Below the pieces are notes generated by a model. The model saw only the letters and a list, made by a program, of their open reading frames with translations, ran no database searches and was not told where the DNA came from. The position numbers and the translations under genes were made by a program. From positions 2,112,001 through 2,176,000 of the forward strand of contig OY761614.1 in NCBI GenBank assembly GCA_963664825.1: 64,000 bases of DNA. Reading direction: 5' to 3'. Source of the stretch: an uncultured Holophaga sp. (GTDB lineage: Bacteria > Acidobacteriota > Holophagae > Holophagales > Holophagaceae). Shown here one piece after another: positions 1 through 9,041 of the stretch (its first letter is position 1; the number at the start of each line of letters is the position of its first letter).

Positions 1-810
1 CAGCTGCCAGAGGCCCTGGACCACCTGGATGCCCATGCTGCCGGTGACCAGTGCGCCTCCCAACGTGCCCCGGCCCAGATCCCGGAGGGTGATGGGGCGG
101 CGTTCGAAGATCACCTTGGAAGGGCTGAAGGCGATGCCGATCCTGCCGACGCCATTCTCGTTCGCGGGAGTCACCGTCAGGTCGAGGAGCTTGCCGCCAC
201 GGTCGATGCGGAGGGACAGGGGCTGTCCGGGATGCTTCTGGATGTAGGCCGTGGTTTCACTGGCCTCGCTGCCCGGGAAGCGCAGCTGGTCCATGGCCTG
301 GATCTGGTCGCCGGACTGGAGGCCTGCCCGGGCCGCGGGGCTGCTGGGCATGACTTCGGCAACGGCCAGGGGGGAGGGCACGGGATGGACGGTGGCCCGG
401 GATTGGTCCACCCCCAGGATGCAGAGGAGCACCAGGGCCGTGGCGATATTGGCCAGGATGCCCCCGGAGTAGAAGAGCATCCGCTTACCGAAGGGCTGCT
501 GGAGGAAGCCGTGGGGGTCTTCGGCATCGGGCTCCTCGGGGTTGTAGCCCGCCAGCTTCACGTAGCCGCCCAGGGGCAGGATGGAGAGGCGCACATCGGT
601 CTCCCGCCACCGGAAGCCCACCAGACGCTGGCCGAAACCCAGGGAAAAGACATCCACGGGCATGCCCATCCACTTGGCCATGAGGAAATGACCCAGCTCA
701 TGCAGGAAGATCAGCCCGGCGATCATGATGATCGCGCCCAGGATCCCCACGGCCCTGGGGGATAGCGCGATAAGGGCGAGGGCCGGGGTGGCATAGAGAA
801 AACGCTTCAT
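1..810 (-). CDS. rseP: RIP metalloprotease RseP (site-2 protease, PDZ); 3' end lies outside the window
   Basis: Manual translation from the ATG at 810: MKRFLYATP...IFLHELGHFLMAKWMGMPVDVFSLGFG (HExxH and FSxGFG motifs); near dxr/cdsA/uppS. Confidence 0.9.
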   Translation of the reverse strand, partial: MKRFLYATPALALIALSPRAVGILGAIIMIAGLIFLHELGHFLMAKWMGMPVDVFSLGFGQRLVGFRWRETDVRLSILPLGGYVKLAGYNPEEPDAEDPHGFLQQPFGKRMLFYSGGILANIATALVLLCILGVDQSRATVHPVPSPLAVAEVMPSSPAARAGLQSGDQIQAMDQLRFPGSEASETTAYIQKHPGQPLSLRIDRGGKLLDLTVTPANENGVGRIGIAFSPSKVIFERRPITLRDLGRGTLGGALVTGSMGIQVVQGLWQL

Positions 811-918
811 GCGGGTCCTTGAAAACAAGAGGCCCACCGGAGCAGCGGCGGGCGATGGGACAAGGATATCAGGAGGGGGCGGCGTCTTTGGCCGGAAGAG
901 TCCCAGGCCCCTTGGGGG

Positions 919-949
919 ACCGTTCAACCGGCCTGGGAGCCGTTCATCC
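919..949 (+). promoter_or_regulatory. Candidate LytTR-binding direct repeat (CCGTTCA x2, 20-bp period)
   Basis: CCGTTCA at 920-926 and 940-946, upstream of a LytS/LytTR pair; resembles AlgR/LytTR boxes. Confidence 0.55.
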
Positions 950-1024
950 GTGCGCCTCTCGCCCGGGGTCCAGGTTTCTTCCACGCTTGGACTTGCGCGG
1001 AATGCGCCCTAGCCTGGAGCAACC

Positions 1025-2056
1025 ATGACCTCGGATCCCTTCGCCTCGACCAGTGTCTCCCAGCGGGTGCGGTGGCTCACCCTCATGGCCCCCTTGATGG
1101 GAGTTCTCTGCGCGGTGGCCACGGGACAATTCGTGAGTACGGTGCTCGGCGACCACCACTGGGGAGCCCTCGGAAGACCCCGTTGGGCTGCTCATTCCGG
1201 AGCCGTCGGTTTGGTTGTGGCGCTAGGTCTGAGCCTTGTCGGCCTGGGGGCCGCACGCTTCACGTCCTGGTGGGTGGCTCGAGTCCCCACCATGGCCCGG
1301 GACCATTTCCGGGGCTGGTATTTCTGGAGCGCCCTGGTGGGCATCCCCGTGGGTTTGGCGCTGGGACATATGATGGTCTGGCTCACCCACGTCCAGCGCG
1401 TTCCGGCCTCGGCTGTGAACATGGCCCTGCTGGGCACCGTGGCCACGGTGATGACTTCCGGGATGATCGGCTACTACCGCCTGGAGAGCCTCGCCCGCAC
1501 CCAGCGAGGGCTTCTGCTCCAGAGCCAATTGGCCCCCCACTTCCTCTTCAATAGCCTCAGCACCCTGAAGGGGCAGATCGCCGACGAGCCCCTGGAGGCC
1601 CAGGTCACGGCGGATCGCCTCTCCCGTCTCTTCCGGGAACTCATGGATATGGGTGGCCAGGCCTTCATTCCGCTCTCCCGGGAACTGGCCTTCGTGGAGG
1701 CCTATCTCGGCCTGGAGAAGGCCCGGCTCGGAGACCGTCTCCAGGTGCGGATCGAAGTGCCGGAGGAACTGGAGAGCTTTCCCGTACCGCCCCTCAGCCT
1801 GCAGGTGCTGGTGGAGAATGCTGTTCGTCATGCCCTCGCACCCCGGATCGAGGGCGGTCTGCTCAGCATTCGCGCCAGCTTCGTGCCGGCCGGGCTGCAG
1901 CTGGTGGTGGGAGATCCGGGCACCGGCCAGTCGCCCAATCCAGGCACCGGCCGCGGCCTCCAGGTTCTGCGGGCGCGGCTGACACGGCCCTCGGATCTCA
2001 CCTTCGAGAGGCTTCCCGCGGGGCATCAAGCCACGCTGCTCTTGAGGAAGGCATGA
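1025..2056 (+). CDS. LytS/YehU-family membrane sensor histidine kinase
   Basis: About 4 TM helices, QLAPHFLFNSL H-box, LVENAVRH N-box. Confidence 0.9.
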   Translation: MTSDPFASTSVSQRVRWLTLMAPLMGVLCAVATGQFVSTVLGDHHWGALGRPRWAAHSGAVGLVVALGLSLVGLGAARFTSWWVARVPTMARDHFRGWYFWSALVGIPVGLALGHMMVWLTHVQRVPASAVNMALLGTVATVMTSGMIGYYRLESLARTQRGLLLQSQLAPHFLFNSLSTLKGQIADEPLEAQVTADRLSRLFRELMDMGGQAFIPLSRELAFVEAYLGLEKARLGDRLQVRIEVPEELESFPVPPLSLQVLVENAVRHALAPRIEGGLLSIRASFVPAGLQLVVGDPGTGQSPNPGTGRGLQVLRARLTRPSDLTFERLPAGHQATLLLRKA

Positions 2057-2748
2057 TCCGCATCGTCGTAGCTGAAGACGAACCCGCCAGTCGCCGACTG
2101 CTGGTGGGCTACCTGCGGGAGCTGCCGGGCGTGGAGGTTATCGGCGAGGTGGGGCACGGCGCCGAGGCCCTTGATCTCGCGGCCAGGCTCCATCCGGATG
2201 CCCTCTTTCTGGATATCGAGATGCCGGGTCTTTCTGGGATGGCGCTGGCCGCGGCTCTCCCTGATCCGAAGCCGCGCCTAGTCTTCGTGACGGCCTATGC
2301 CCAGCACGCCGTGGAGGCCTTCCGCCTGGGGACCGCCCACTACCTGCTCAAACCCGTATCCCGAGTGGATGTGGCCCAGGCGATTGCGCGGCTCTATCCC
2401 CAGGAAGCCTCCGTGCGTGGCGAGTGGCTGCGCATTCCCGTCCGGGAGCGCCATGGACTGCGCATGCTCCTTCCTGAAGATGTGGAGGCGCTGATTGCGG
2501 ATTTGGGGGATTGCCAGGCTCTCACGCCGGAGGGGAAACTGCGGGTGGAAGGCACGCTGGCCCAGTGGGAGGAACGCCTCCAACCCGTCGGGTTCTTCCG
2601 CATCCACCGCAACGCCTTGGTGCGTCTGGGGGCCGTGAAGGCATTGACCGAAGGCGACGAGGTGATCCTGCCCTCGGGCACGCTCTCCCTCAGCCGCCGT
2701 CGGCGCGAATCCCTGGCGCGGGCCCTGGGCTTTCATCTTCAGCGATAG
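2053..2748 (+). CDS. LytTR-family response regulator
   Basis: REC domain (EDE, FLDIEMP, LLKP) plus FFRIHRNALV LytTR motif; ATGA overlap with the kinase. Confidence 0.92.
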   Translation: MIRIVVAEDEPASRRLLVGYLRELPGVEVIGEVGHGAEALDLAARLHPDALFLDIEMPGLSGMALAAALPDPKPRLVFVTAYAQHAVEAFRLGTAHYLLKPVSRVDVAQAIARLYPQEASVRGEWLRIPVRERHGLRMLLPEDVEALIADLGDCQALTPEGKLRVEGTLAQWEERLQPVGFFRIHRNALVRLGAVKALTEGDEVILPSGTLSLSRRRRESLARALGFHLQR

Positions 2749-2762
2749 ACGCCCTTCTCGGT

Positions 2763-3932
2763 TCAGGACGGGTGACGCCCCAACCACTCCCTCGCTACTT
2801 CCCTGGCCCTACCATCCACGTTCATCACCTGTTCCAGATTCTGGGCCTCCTCGCTGGGCAGGGTGGCCAGGGTCTCGGCATTGCAGGCCTGGATATCCCA
2901 GAAGCCGATGCGGCCCGCCAGGAAGGCCGCGACGGCCTCTTCGTTGGCGGCGTTGAGGATGGTGGGGGCCGTGCCGCCGATGCGAAGCGCCTCGTAGGCC
3001 AGGGCCAGGCAGGGGAAGCGATCCAGATCCGGGGCCTCGAAGGTCCAGGCTCGGCTGGTCTCCCAGTCGTAGGGGGGCACGGGGCCGGGCATGCGGTCGG
3101 GCCAGAGTAGGGCGTACTGGATGGGCAGCTTCATGTCATTGACGCACACCTGGAGCTGGTAGCTGCCGTCGGTGAAGCCCGCCATGGCGTGGACCTGGCT
3201 CTGGGGATGGACCGTCACCTGGATCTGGTCGGGGGTGAGTCCGAAGAGGACGGCGGCTTCGATGACCTCCAGCCCCTTGTTCATGAGGGTGGCGCTATCG
3301 ATGGTGATCTTGGGACCCATCTTCCAGGTGGGATGATTGAGGGCCTCCTCCACCGTGGCCGCCCGTATGCGCGCCAGGGGCCATTCCCGGAAGGGGCCTC
3401 CGCTGGCGGTGATGCGGATCTCCCGGATGGTACCTCCGGGCCGTCCCGCCAGGAGCTGATGCAGGGCCGCGTGTTCGGAATCGATGGGCAGGAGTTCGCC
3501 CTGGCCTTCCCGCAGGGCCTTCAGCATCAGGGCGCCGCCCACCACCAGCGACTCCTTGTTGGCCACGCAGGCGCGCTTGTCCGCCCTCAATGCCGCCTCG
3601 GTGCTGGCCAGGCCCGCCGCCCCCACCACGGCCGCCACCACCGTATCGGCCTCCGGGTGGAGGGCGCAGGCCATCAGGCCTTCGGCGCCGTAGTGGATCT
3701 CAGGCTTATAGTCCAGGCGGGAGCCCAGCCAGGCCGCATCCTTGGCGAGGGCCAGGGAGACGAGTTCGGGCCGGTAGCGCTCGCACTGTTTGAGCGCCAG
3801 TTCCCGATTGCGTCCTGCCGCCAGGGCCACCACGGCTAGGCGCTCGGGATGGGCGTCCACCACCTCCAGGGTGGAGGTGCCGATGGAGCCCGTGGCCCCA
3901 AGGATCGCCAGGCGCCGGGGCAGCTTCTCCAT
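2763..3932 (-). CDS. dxr: 1-deoxy-D-xylulose-5-phosphate reductoisomerase
   Basis: LGATGSIG, ANKES, PIDSEH, TIDSATLMNKGLEVIEA. Confidence 0.97.
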   Translation of the reverse strand: MEKLPRRLAILGATGSIGTSTLEVVDAHPERLAVVALAAGRNRELALKQCERYRPELVSLALAKDAAWLGSRLDYKPEIHYGAEGLMACALHPEADTVVAAVVGAAGLASTEAALRADKRACVANKESLVVGGALMLKALREGQGELLPIDSEHAALHQLLAGRPGGTIREIRITASGGPFREWPLARIRAATVEEALNHPTWKMGPKITIDSATLMNKGLEVIEAAVLFGLTPDQIQVTVHPQSQVHAMAGFTDGSYQLQVCVNDMKLPIQYALLWPDRMPGPVPPYDWETSRAWTFEAPDLDRFPCLALAYEALRIGGTAPTILNAANEEAVAAFLAGRIGFWDIQACNAETLATLPSEEAQNLEQVMNVDGRAREVAREWLGRHPS

Positions 3933-4834
3933 CAGTTCAGCCCATGGACGAAGTGCACGTAGGCGTAGAGGGCCGGGGCGGCGTAGACGAGGCTATCGAC
4001 CCGGTCCAGGATGCCGCCGTGGCCGGGGATGGAGATGCCGATATTGGAATCCTTCACCCCTGCGCTGCGCTTCCAGGTGCTCTCCACCAGATCCCCCAGC
4101 TGGCCCACGAGGCCCAGCAGCAGGGCGATGGCGAGGGTATCCACCAGGCTCCACTGGGTGCAGACCCAGGTCCGGATGATGAAGGCACCCCCCACATTGC
4201 CCAGCACATTGCCCAGGGCGCCCTCCCAGCTCTTCTTGGGGCTCACCTTGGGGGCCAGCTTGTGCTTGCCGCAGGCGCTGCCCAGGAAGTAGGCGCCGGT
4301 GTCGCCGAACCACACGATGAGGAAGAGGGCCAGGATGAGCCGCGCGCCGGTATTGGGCAGGGTGGTGTCGTTGTACATGAAGAGCTTCACCATGAAGCCC
4401 GTGCCCAGGCCCATGTAGAGGGCCGACATCCAGGTGATGGCCTGGCTGGAGAGGGCGTTTTCCAGCGGATCCTTGCTGAAGAGCAGGGCCCCGAAGTGGA
4501 TGAGGATGCCGCCTCCGGCCAGCACCAGCCAGAGGGGCAGGGGCTCCGCAGCCCTCAAGGCCTCTCCCCCGGAGAGGTAGAAGTGCAGCAGGAAGCCCAG
4601 TCCCACCAGCGTTCCGCCCAGGATGGAGGGATGGTGGCCCACCTTGCGGGCGATGAGGCACATCTCCCGGACCCCCATGAAGAGGGCCAGGGCCATGAAG
4701 AGCAGCCAAGTGAGCTTGGCCCAGGGGCGTTCGCCGAAATAGAGCAGGGAGAAAAATAGGACGCCGAAGATCGCGGCTGTGCCCACGCGGAGGGCCAAAT
4801 TGCCTTTGTCGAAGCGGTGCGGGGCAGTGCTCAT
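3932..4834 (-). CDS. cdsA: Phosphatidate cytidylyltransferase
   Basis: SPKKSWEG, GDLVESxWKRSAGVKDS, PGHGGILDRVDS; start taken at MSTAPH. Confidence 0.95.
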   Translation of the reverse strand: MSTAPHRFDKGNLALRVGTAAIFGVLFFSLLYFGERPWAKLTWLLFMALALFMGVREMCLIARKVGHHPSILGGTLVGLGFLLHFYLSGGEALRAAEPLPLWLVLAGGGILIHFGALLFSKDPLENALSSQAITWMSALYMGLGTGFMVKLFMYNDTTLPNTGARLILALFLIVWFGDTGAYFLGSACGKHKLAPKVSPKKSWEGALGNVLGNVGGAFIIRTWVCTQWSLVDTLAIALLLGLVGQLGDLVESTWKRSAGVKDSNIGISIPGHGGILDRVDSLVYAAPALYAYVHFVHGLN

Positions 4835-4847
4835 GGGTCTCCTTGGT

Positions 4848-5534
4848 TCAGATCCCGCCGAAGCGGCGCTCGCGGACGGCATAGGCGGCCAGGGCCTCCC
4901 GCAGCTGGGGGCCGCGGAAGTCGGGCCAGAGGCATTCGGTGACGTAGAACTCGGCGTAGGCGGCCTGCCAGAGCAGGAAATTGGAGATGCGCATTTCCCC
5001 TGAGGTGCGGATGAGCAGGTCCACCTCGGGCGCATCCGCCGTCCAGAGGCGGGCCTGGAGGGCCTCCTCGGTCACTTCCTCGGCACGCAACCCGTCCTCG
5101 ATGCATCGTTGCGCCGCATGAGTGATCTCCAAGCGGCTGCCGTAATTGACCGCCAGGTGGAAGGTCATGCCCGTATGGGCGGCCGTGGAGGCTTCCAGCG
5201 CGCGGAGATCCCGCTGGATGCCTGCGGGCAGGCCTTCGAGGGCGCCCAGATGATGGAAGCGGATGTTCTTCTTTTGCAGCTTGGGCAGGAACATCCGGAG
5301 GTACATCCGCAGGAGGGCCATGAGTCCGGCCACCTCCAGGCTCGGCCGCTTCCAGTTCTCGGTGCTGAAGGCATAGAGTGACAGGTGCTGAATGCCCGCC
5401 TCCGCAGCGGCGTCCAACACCTCCTCCACGGCCCGCACGCCCTCCTTGTGCCCCTTGATTCGGGTCCAACCCCGCTGAGCCGCCCAGCGCCCGTTCCCGT
5501 CCATAATAATGGCTACGTGATTCGGCGCGCTCAT
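4848..5534 (-). CDS. uppS: Undecaprenyl diphosphate synthase
   Basis: HVAIIMDGNGRWA, FSTENWKR, LLIRTSGEMRISNFLLWQ. Confidence 0.97.
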   Translation of the reverse strand: MSAPNHVAIIMDGNGRWAAQRGWTRIKGHKEGVRAVEEVLDAAAEAGIQHLSLYAFSTENWKRPSLEVAGLMALLRMYLRMFLPKLQKKNIRFHHLGALEGLPAGIQRDLRALEASTAAHTGMTFHLAVNYGSRLEITHAAQRCIEDGLRAEEVTEEALQARLWTADAPEVDLLIRTSGEMRISNFLLWQAAYAEFYVTECLWPDFRGPQLREALAAYAVRERRFGGI

Positions 5535-5577
5535 AGGGCCACCCCGCAGAAATCGCGCGTCCAAAGGCTTGGTGCTG

Positions 5578-5751
5578 AGGCTTCGCGTATGGCCGCAGGC
5601 CATACCGAAATAATGATGCCCACGTGGGCCGGAATACTCATCGCGGGATCCCTGCTCGTGGTTTAGAACCGCCCCGCGTGTAGGTCTCGGACATCCCCGC
5701 AGGGGATTCCGAGATAATGATGGAGACCTGATTCGGGACGCTCATCGCGGG
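5578..5751. repeat. Tandem 104-bp-period repeat with a covarying hairpin
   Basis: Hairpin with GCA loop followed by CCGA(A/G)ATAATGATG-N18-CTCATCGCGGG at 5605-5647 and 5709-5751. Confidence 0.7.
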
Positions 5752-5938
5752 CACCCCTCGGGGGGGCACCAGAAACTGGGCGATGTGGCCGGAAGGCTCA
5801 AGGGCAGGATCTCCGGGAAGCCCCTTTCAGGGGCCTGAGGGCTTGGACGAACGGGCGAATTCTAGCATGGGGGGCGGGGCCCCAGGGGGGGTGGGGAAAA
5901 TCCTGCTAGGCTGGAGAGATCACCCGGGACTTCCACCC

Positions 5939-8293
5939 ATGGTCCAATTCAACACGCGCGCTAACGAGATCCTGCTGAAACTGGTCTACTACGGCCCAGG
6001 GCTCTCGGGCAAGACGACCAACCTCCAGTCCCTGCACGCCATGTGCCAGGAAGTGCAGCGGGGCGAGCTGTTCTCCGTCAACACCCAGGAGGATCGCACC
6101 CTCTTCTTCGATCTGCTTCCCATCAATCTCGGCTACATCTACGGCAACGCCATCCACCTTCAGATCTACACGGTGCCCGGCCAGGTGCAGTACGACGCGA
6201 GTCGGCGGGTGGTGTTGGGCGGGGCCGACGGCGTGGTCTTCGTGGCCGATTCCAGCGAATCCAAGATGCAGGAGAATGTGGATTCCCTCTCGAATCTTTA
6301 CCACAACCTCAATGCGAACCGGCTGAACATCAAGCAGATCCCCTTCGTGCTGCAGTACAACAAACGGGATCTGGATGATGCCATGCCGGTGGGCGTGATG
6401 AACCGGCGGCTCAATTTCCGCTCGGTGCCCTTTTTCGAGGCCGTGGCGCCTCGGGGCACGGGCGTATTGGAGACCTTCCTGTCCATCACCAAGGACACGG
6501 TGGGCACCACCTTCAAGAAGTATCACCTGGACAAGAAGATCAAGGATTTCGACGAGATGCTCAATCTCATCGAGACCAATATCCGCTCCAGCATGCGGGA
6601 GCTCCCGGCTGCCGATCAGCTGCCCCTGCCTCGGCCCGAGAGCACCGTGCTGCGCCATAGCGATGTGAGCGTGGCCGATCTGACCCCCGGCAAGGTGGCC
6701 GATGCCCAGGAACTCCTGGAGGATGCCCTCAAGTCCAATATGGAGACGGCCCGTCTCTACAGCGAACTCAAGCAGACCAAGGAAGCCCTGGACAAGAAGG
6801 GCGAGGAGATGGCCACCCTCTTCAATCAGCTGGAGCGGGCCAACCAGGATAATCTCAAGACCCGTCGCTACCTGGAGGGGCTCATCCAGAGCGTAGGGGA
6901 AGCCATCATCTCCTTCAGCCACGATGGCCGGATCCTCACCTGGAATACGGCCGCCGAGCAGATCTTCGGGTATCCCCGCAGCGAGATCGTCGGCAGATCC
7001 TTCCAAATGCTCCTCCCTCCTTCCAAGGCCGGAGAACTGGAACAAGCCATCCTCCAGGTAGGCAAGGGGCAGGTCCTCCGGGATATCCCCAGCGTTCGTG
7101 TGCGCAAGGGAGGCCAGGAATTTCCGGCTTCGGTCACCTACGCACCCATCCGGGGCAGCGATGACCGGGTGCTGGCCTTCTCAGCCCTGGTGCGGGATGT
7201 GGGCGAACAACGGACGCTGGAACATAAGCTGGAACACGCCGAGACCAGTTCGAGCCTGGCCCGCATCATGCCGCCCCTCTTCAACGAACTGGCCAACCGC
7301 CTCGGCCCGGTCCTGCTCCAGAAGAGCCTGTTGCTGGAGATGACCCCGGATCCGGGCCAGCAACTCCGCATGTCCCGGCTCTTGCAGGGGGTGGACGCGT
7401 CCCAGAACCTGTTGCGCCCCCTCCTGATGGTGCTCTCGCCCTCCTCTCCCCGCCTCGAATCCACGAACGTGAATCTCCTGGTCCAGGAGGCTGCCAAGCG
7501 CGTGGAAGCCGAGGCCGCCGCCAGCGGTGTGGCCATGGATTTCACCATGGATCCCACGGTGCCGGATTGCGGATTGGATCCCGATATGGTTCGGGAGGCC
7601 CTGGTCAATCTCTTCCGCAGCGGGGTCTTCGCGGCGGCGAAATCCACCGTGAAGCGGGTTCGCGTGGGCACTCGGGTGGCTGGAAACATGATCCAGATCG
7701 TGAGCCAGGATACGGGCGATGCCATTCCCGAACCCGAACAGGGGCGGGTCTTCGATCTCTCCGCGGCTTTGGACATCGAGGCTCTGGGTCTCTGCACGGT
7801 GGCCACCGTGGTCCATGCCCACGGGGGTCGTGTCTCGGTGCGCAGTCAGGCCGGGGTCGGGAATGCCTTTCTCGTGGAGTTGCCCATGTCCGATGCCGCT
7901 CCAAAAACGAATGCCGAACCCTCCATGCAGGGGAAGAAGATCCTGGTGGTCGATGACGAAGCCTTCCTGCTGGAGTGTCTCGTCGATGCCATGGAGGCCT
8001 GGGGATGTGTCGTGACGCCCTGCGACCTGGCCGCCGAGGCCATCCAGAAGCTTCAGGTGGGTAGCTTCGATCTCATCGTCTCCGATATCCGGATGCCCGG
8101 CCTGAGCGGCATCCAACTCTTCCAGTGGATTGCCGAGTACCAGCCCGAGATGACCAAGAAGATCATCTTCACCACGGGGGATGCCTTCGATCCGGAGACC
8201 CGCACCTTCCTGGAGGAGGCCAAGCTGCCTCATCTGGGCAAGCCCTTCGATCTTAAGAAGATGAAACAGGCCATGGGGGACGTGCTCATTTAG
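5939..8293 (+). CDS. MglA-like small GTPase fused to coiled coil, PAS, degenerate HisKA/HATPase and REC domains
   Basis: GPGLSGKTTNL, DRTLFFDLLP, TVPGQ, NKRD; PAS WNTAAEQIFGY; REC VVDDE...SDIRMPG...KPF. Confidence 0.88.
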   Translation: MVQFNTRANEILLKLVYYGPGLSGKTTNLQSLHAMCQEVQRGELFSVNTQEDRTLFFDLLPINLGYIYGNAIHLQIYTVPGQVQYDASRRVVLGGADGVVFVADSSESKMQENVDSLSNLYHNLNANRLNIKQIPFVLQYNKRDLDDAMPVGVMNRRLNFRSVPFFEAVAPRGTGVLETFLSITKDTVGTTFKKYHLDKKIKDFDEMLNLIETNIRSSMRELPAADQLPLPRPESTVLRHSDVSVADLTPGKVADAQELLEDALKSNMETARLYSELKQTKEALDKKGEEMATLFNQLERANQDNLKTRRYLEGLIQSVGEAIISFSHDGRILTWNTAAEQIFGYPRSEIVGRSFQMLLPPSKAGELEQAILQVGKGQVLRDIPSVRVRKGGQEFPASVTYAPIRGSDDRVLAFSALVRDVGEQRTLEHKLEHAETSSSLARIMPPLFNELANRLGPVLLQKSLLLEMTPDPGQQLRMSRLLQGVDASQNLLRPLLMVLSPSSPRLESTNVNLLVQEAAKRVEAEAAASGVAMDFTMDPTVPDCGLDPDMVREALVNLFRSGVFAAAKSTVKRVRVGTRVAGNMIQIVSQDTGDAIPEPEQGRVFDLSAALDIEALGLCTVATVVHAHGGRVSVRSQAGVGNAFLVELPMSDAAPKTNAEPSMQGKKILVVDDEAFLLECLVDAMEAWGCVVTPCDLAAEAIQKLQVGSFDLIVSDIRMPGLSGIQLFQWIAEYQPEMTKKIIFTTGDAFDPETRTFLEEAKLPHLGKPFDLKKMKQAMGDVLI

Positions 8294-8320
8294 TCGGGGC
8301 GCCCAAGGAAACAACTGAAC

Positions 8321-8373
8321 CACAGAGGGCGCTGAGGGAAGGAGTTCATTTCTCCCTCTTTGCGCTCTCTGCG
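8321..8373. repeat. Imperfect long hairpin between convergent genes (possible terminator or REP-like element)
   Basis: cacagagggcgc...gagggaag pairs with ctccctc...gcgctctctgcg. Confidence 0.45.
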
Positions 8374-8409
8374 ATTTTGCTTTTAGCTAGGTGGGTCCAG
8401 GATCCTGGT

Positions 8410-9036
8410 TCAGTTACCCGTGAACCCGTCCGCGAGATTCACCACCGTCATGGCTTCGTATTCCTGATGCGGGCCGGTGGCGGCCCCGGCCACGTGGATG
8501 TCTGGATTGAAAATGAGGCGGCGGTGGCCCCGGTCCGGGACCCCATCGTCGATGAGGAGCTGAAGGACCGTCATGCGCGGGGTTTCCGCGCCGTAGTTGA
8601 TGACTTCCCCGAAGGTGGAAAGGGGTAGGCCGTGCTTCAGGAGCCGCTGCTGCAGGGTGGAACCGGTGGTACCCCTGTGGCCTGTCTGCTGGGTGCGGCC
8701 CTGGTCGCGCACATGGTCCCGGGCGGCCCGGGACAGGCCCTCGTCCCAGCGCAGGGGGCCGATGGGGAGGGCCTTCTCGAGGTAAGCGATGGCCTCCTCC
8801 AGGGCGGCGGCACCTTCCTCCGTCAGGACCGTGATCTGGCCGGGCCGCTTCAGCCTCTTCCCCTCGAAAAAGGGGCGGAGTTCCCGCAGGAACCGGGCGT
8901 ATTCCCGAGGGGCCGTGCGGGCCCAGGAGAGTTCCTTCACCACAGCCACTTCCAGGGCTTCGGCCTTGGGGACCTCGGGCACCTCCGGCGCTGGGCAACC
9001 GAGGGCGGGGACGAGGAGGGCCAGTGCGGGATGCAT
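8410..9036 (-). CDS. CAP (SCP/PR-1) domain secreted protein
   Basis: AARDHVRD, GEVINYG, LLIDDGVPDRGHRRLI; N-terminal signal-like segment. Confidence 0.85.
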   Translation of the reverse strand: MHPALALLVPALGCPAPEVPEVPKAEALEVAVVKELSWARTAPREYARFLRELRPFFEGKRLKRPGQITVLTEEGAAALEEAIAYLEKALPIGPLRWDEGLSRAARDHVRDQGRTQQTGHRGTTGSTLQQRLLKHGLPLSTFGEVINYGAETPRMTVLQLLIDDGVPDRGHRRLIFNPDIHVAGAATGPHQEYEAMTVVNLADGFTGN

Positions 9037-9041
9037 GAACC

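Noticed and set aside
5648..5680. HDV-like ribozyme (CCTGCTCGTGG resembles P3/L3)
   Set aside because: Could not build P1, P2 or P1.1 pairings
5717..5938. Selenocysteine read-through (ATG ATG GAG ACC TGA) in frame with the GTPase fusion
   Set aside because: No SD, the extension is low-complexity, MglA homology starts at 5939, and frame coincidence is likely
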